From assembly GCA_048940445.1 (NCBI GenBank), contig JBHLON010000041.1, positions 1 through 27,452 on the forward strand: a stretch of DNA of 27,452 nt. The letters run 5' to 3'. How positions within the stretch are numbered: position 1 is the stretch's first letter; the number at the start of each line of letters is the position of its first letter. Source of the DNA: Promethearchaeota archaeon (GTDB lineage: Archaea > Asgardarchaeota > Lokiarchaeia > Sigyniarchaeales > SOKP01). Below, one piece after another: positions 24,857-27,452 of this stretch. Made by a program: the position numbers and the translations under genes. The notes under the pieces were generated by a model, which was given only the letters and a program-made list of their open reading frames with translations, was not told where the DNA came from and searched no databases.

Positions 24857-26257
24857 TTAAGAGTAAGAAAATCGATTAAATGAATTCTTATAATCATACA
24901 TCATTTTTAATGCTTTTATAGCGTGGTTTATATGGGTCATAACTGGTATGTTATATTTAAAACTATGATCTAAAAAATAATCCTCAGTCCATCGAGAGCC
25001 AAAAACACAAATAATAACAGGTTTTTTAAATCTTTCAGAAAAAGTTCTTAATTCTTTCAGATGTGGCCGGATTGATAAAGAAAATGACTCAATTGGTTTC
25101 TTAGGAACAGCAAAAATGTAGAGAAGCGCATCAATATTCTCATCTTCCATTAATGCCTTTATTGTAGGATGAAATGTAGCAAATAATGAAGGTCCTAAGT
25201 CTACAGGATTAATGATAGATGTCCATGTGGGTGAAATCGATTCTAAGGTAATAATAGTATTCTTATCTAGTGCAGCGAGTTGTAATCCTTCTTTTTCAAT
25301 TAAATCGCACGCTAAAATACCTAAACTTCCTGATGTCGTGATTATAGCTAGTCTATTACCTTTTGGTAAAGGTTGAGTAGCAAATACATTTGCAATGTTA
25401 AACATCTCAAAAAAATCATTAACACGATAGATATTTGGACATTGTTTGAAGATTGCATCATAAATTTTGTCATTTCCTGCAATAGAAGCTGTATGGCTTT
25501 TAATGGCTTTCGACCCTATAGCACTACGTCCATTTTTTAAGATCAAAACAGGTTTCTTCATACTTTTAAATAAATCAAGGAGTTCTTGGCCTCTTTTAAC
25601 ACCTTCCAGATAGACTGTTATAACTTCTGTATTAATATCTTCTTCGAGATATCTTAACATATCAACCTCATCAACATCAACCTTATTACCCAATGTTACT
25701 GATTTTGATAACCCTATTTTTTGAAAAGAACACCATTCAATGAACACATTTCCAAGAACTCCAGATTGAGCTATGATTGAAATTTTTCCATCTTCTAATG
25801 TCTCATTGAAATCAATTTCAGCACTAGTGAATTTATTATAGAAGTTTGTAATACCAACGCAATTCGGTCCAATAATCCTCACTGCATTATTTTTAGAATA
25901 TCTTTCAATTTCTTTTTGAATTTCTATATACTCTTTTATTCCAGTTTCTGCAAACCCTGCAGTCTCAATGATGATTCCCTTTACTCCCTTTTCTACACAA
26001 TCTTTTAGGGATTCAAGAACTTTATCATTATTGACAATAATTATTGCTAAATCTACAACATCTGGTATCTCTTTAACATTTTTATAAGTCCTACTTCCAA
26101 ACACAAAATCCTTATTCGGATTCACTGGATAAGTTTTGAAGTTAGATTGAAGAAGATATTCTGTTGTCCAGTATCCAAATTTGAGAGATTCTGAAGCACC
26201 TATGAGTGCTATAGATTTTGGCTCAAAAAATACATCTAGTTCAGATATATAAATCAC
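24857..26257 (-). CDS. ADP-forming acyl-CoA synthetase alpha-subunit-like CoA-binding protein
   Basis: FEPKSIALIGAS, YPVNP, IIGPNCVG, QSG, LGNKVD, YLEG, SHTASIAG (phospho-His), NPVDL; no fused ATP-grasp domain. Confidence 0.9.
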   Translation of the reverse strand: MIYISELDVFFEPKSIALIGASESLKFGYWTTEYLLQSNFKTYPVNPNKDFVFGSRTYKNVKEIPDVVDLAIIIVNNDKVLESLKDCVEKGVKGIIIETAGFAETGIKEYIEIQKEIERYSKNNAVRIIGPNCVGITNFYNKFTSAEIDFNETLEDGKISIIAQSGVLGNVFIEWCSFQKIGLSKSVTLGNKVDVDEVDMLRYLEEDINTEVITVYLEGVKRGQELLDLFKSMKKPVLILKNGRSAIGSKAIKSHTASIAGNDKIYDAIFKQCPNIYRVNDFFEMFNIANVFATQPLPKGNRLAIITTSGSLGILACDLIEKEGLQLAALDKNTIITLESISPTWTSIINPVDLGPSLFATFHPTIKALMEDENIDALLYIFAVPKKPIESFSLSIRPHLKELRTFSERFKKPVIICVFGSRWTEDYFLDHSFKYNIPVMTHINHAIKALKMMYDYKNSFNRFSYS

Positions 26258-26345
26258 TTTTTATTCGGAGTATTTAATCTTTAATTAAAAAATTAATTTA
26301 TAGATAAACTTGAAGGTTTAAAAAGTTATAATTAAGGTAATTATT

Positions 26346-26807
26346 TTGAAGGTTAAGTTTGTTTGCCCAACCTGTAAAAATTCAAAAGAGATTACTATTC
26401 CCCAATATTCAACTGTTCATCTAATTACGGTATCAATACCGAAAGGCATGATTTGTGACCATCACTTTCAAGCTTTTATCGATAAGAACTATTCTGTGCG
26501 TGGATACCAAAAAGTGGATATAGATTTGAAAGAACAAGTTATCGAATCAAAATTGGAAACCCAAAAGAATGATCAAGAGTTTCATGAAGTAGATCGGGAA
26601 GATCTAGAACCAAATGCCAAGAAAATACTTTCATTGAAAGAAATGTATGATGAGTTCTGGGAATTTATTGATACTGATAACATCCTTTTTGCTGATCTTA
26701 TAAAAAATGATGGTAGAAGAATTTTAATTGAAACTAGGAATGAAAATATGAAAATAAAAGAATTTATTTCTAATCTAGAAAATGATATTGTAAGTCATAG
26801 CAGTTAA
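26346..26807 (+). CDS. Putative Zn-binding hypothetical protein of a Lokiarchaeia-type family
   Basis: CPTC...IP...ITVSIPKG.ICDHHFQAFIDKN..VRGYQKVD; family recalled from memory. Confidence 0.75.
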   Translation: MKVKFVCPTCKNSKEITIPQYSTVHLITVSIPKGMICDHHFQAFIDKNYSVRGYQKVDIDLKEQVIESKLETQKNDQEFHEVDREDLEPNAKKILSLKEMYDEFWEFIDTDNILFADLIKNDGRRILIETRNENMKIKEFISNLENDIVSHSS

Positions 26808-26885
26808 AAACTCCAAATAATTAGTATTTTTGCGTTCGCTATTATTTCTTTTTAATATTCAAGAATGGTTACTTTAATATAGCAT

Positions 26886-27452
26886 TCATATTAAATCAGG
26901 GAGATACTTTTCATAGTCTTCTCTTGAAGCTCGTTTAAGAGAATCCGTTGCACCGCACTTCTCACAAAATCTGCTTAAGCTATTAGAAAATTCATGGCAA
27001 TTATTGCAAATATATCTAAAAGTTTTCTTATAGTTTTTTATTTTCTCTTCTAATTTCTTTTTTGAGATTCTATGTATATTATGTTTATGTTTGATATATA
27101 AAACTGTTACTAATGAAATAAACCCTATGATCGCGATAACGGTAATAATTACGAGGAGTTCTAAAGGGAATTGGAATGGGATATAAGTTAGTCCGTAGGA
27201 ATAATAAATATCCATTTCATTATTTCTTGCATCAGACCAAGCTATATGGGGGATATTATTATTATCTAACTGAATAGTAAAATATTCACCGGGTCTAGAA
27301 AAATAGTCAGAGCTAAAGCTCTGAGTAATTGCGATTTCTTCAGAAAATTCTACTTCATTTCGATAAGCTCCAGTTAAATTTAATGTTCGGTAATATGGTC
27401 TGTATCTACCTCCTTGTTCGCTATAGTATACTATATGAAGTCTTCCCGATTC
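26886..27452 (-). CDS. C-terminal part of a secreted sialidase/BNR-like beta-propeller protein with TM anchor and cytoplasmic zinc ribbon; 5' end lies outside the window
   Basis: The frame is open from 27452: ESGRLHIVYYS...RPGEYFTIQLDNNNIPHIAWSDARNNEMDIYYS, then TM LLVIITVIAIIGFISLVTVLYI, a basic stretch, and CNNC...CEKC. Confidence 0.75.
   Translation of the reverse strand, partial: ESGRLHIVYYSEQGGRYRPYYRTLNLTGAYRNEVEFSEEIAITQSFSSDYFSRPGEYFTIQLDNNNIPHIAWSDARNNEMDIYYSYGLTYIPFQFPLELLVIITVIAIIGFISLVTVLYIKHKHNIHRISKKKLEEKIKNYKKTFRYICNNCHEFSNSLSRFCEKCGATDSLKRASREDYEKYLPDLI

Noticed and set aside
1-27452. CRISPR array, IS element, or provirus integrated at the tRNA
   Set aside because: I saw no regularly spaced repeats, no transposase or integrase motifs, and no duplicate of the tRNA 3' end by eye.

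Overview
AT-rich archaeal chromosomal segment (about 30% GC by eye, not computed), most likely from an Asgard archaeon of the Lokiarchaeia type. That call is inferred from an archaeal Hsp20, BHB-type tRNA introns, TATA/SD signals, a longin/uDENN-like protein and a CPxC...CDHHFQAFIDKN protein. The window holds about 28 CDSs and one tRNA; I see no transposase, integrase, CRISPR array or rRNA. Main highlights: (1) a tRNA-His(GUG) gene at 9319-9451, absent from the ORF track, split by two non-canonical introns (D-arm 22/23 and T-loop 58/59), each with a bulge-helix-bulge motif, and carrying a genome-encoded G-1; (2) three tandem, closely related cobalamin-binding radical-SAM paralogues that share an unusual C-terminal SFWNPD(N/Y)V tail but differ at predicted active-site positions, lying between an LsrF-like gene and a Zn-dehydrogenase, a candidate undescribed multi-step tailoring system; (3) a longin/uDENN-like protein, an orphan PhnN, a stand-alone methanogenesis-marker-9 domain, a BrxD/DUF2791-like ATPase, an atypical GlcD/CCG oxidoreductase pair and several operator-like palindromes. 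All family calls come from motif recognition by eye; no database search was run.
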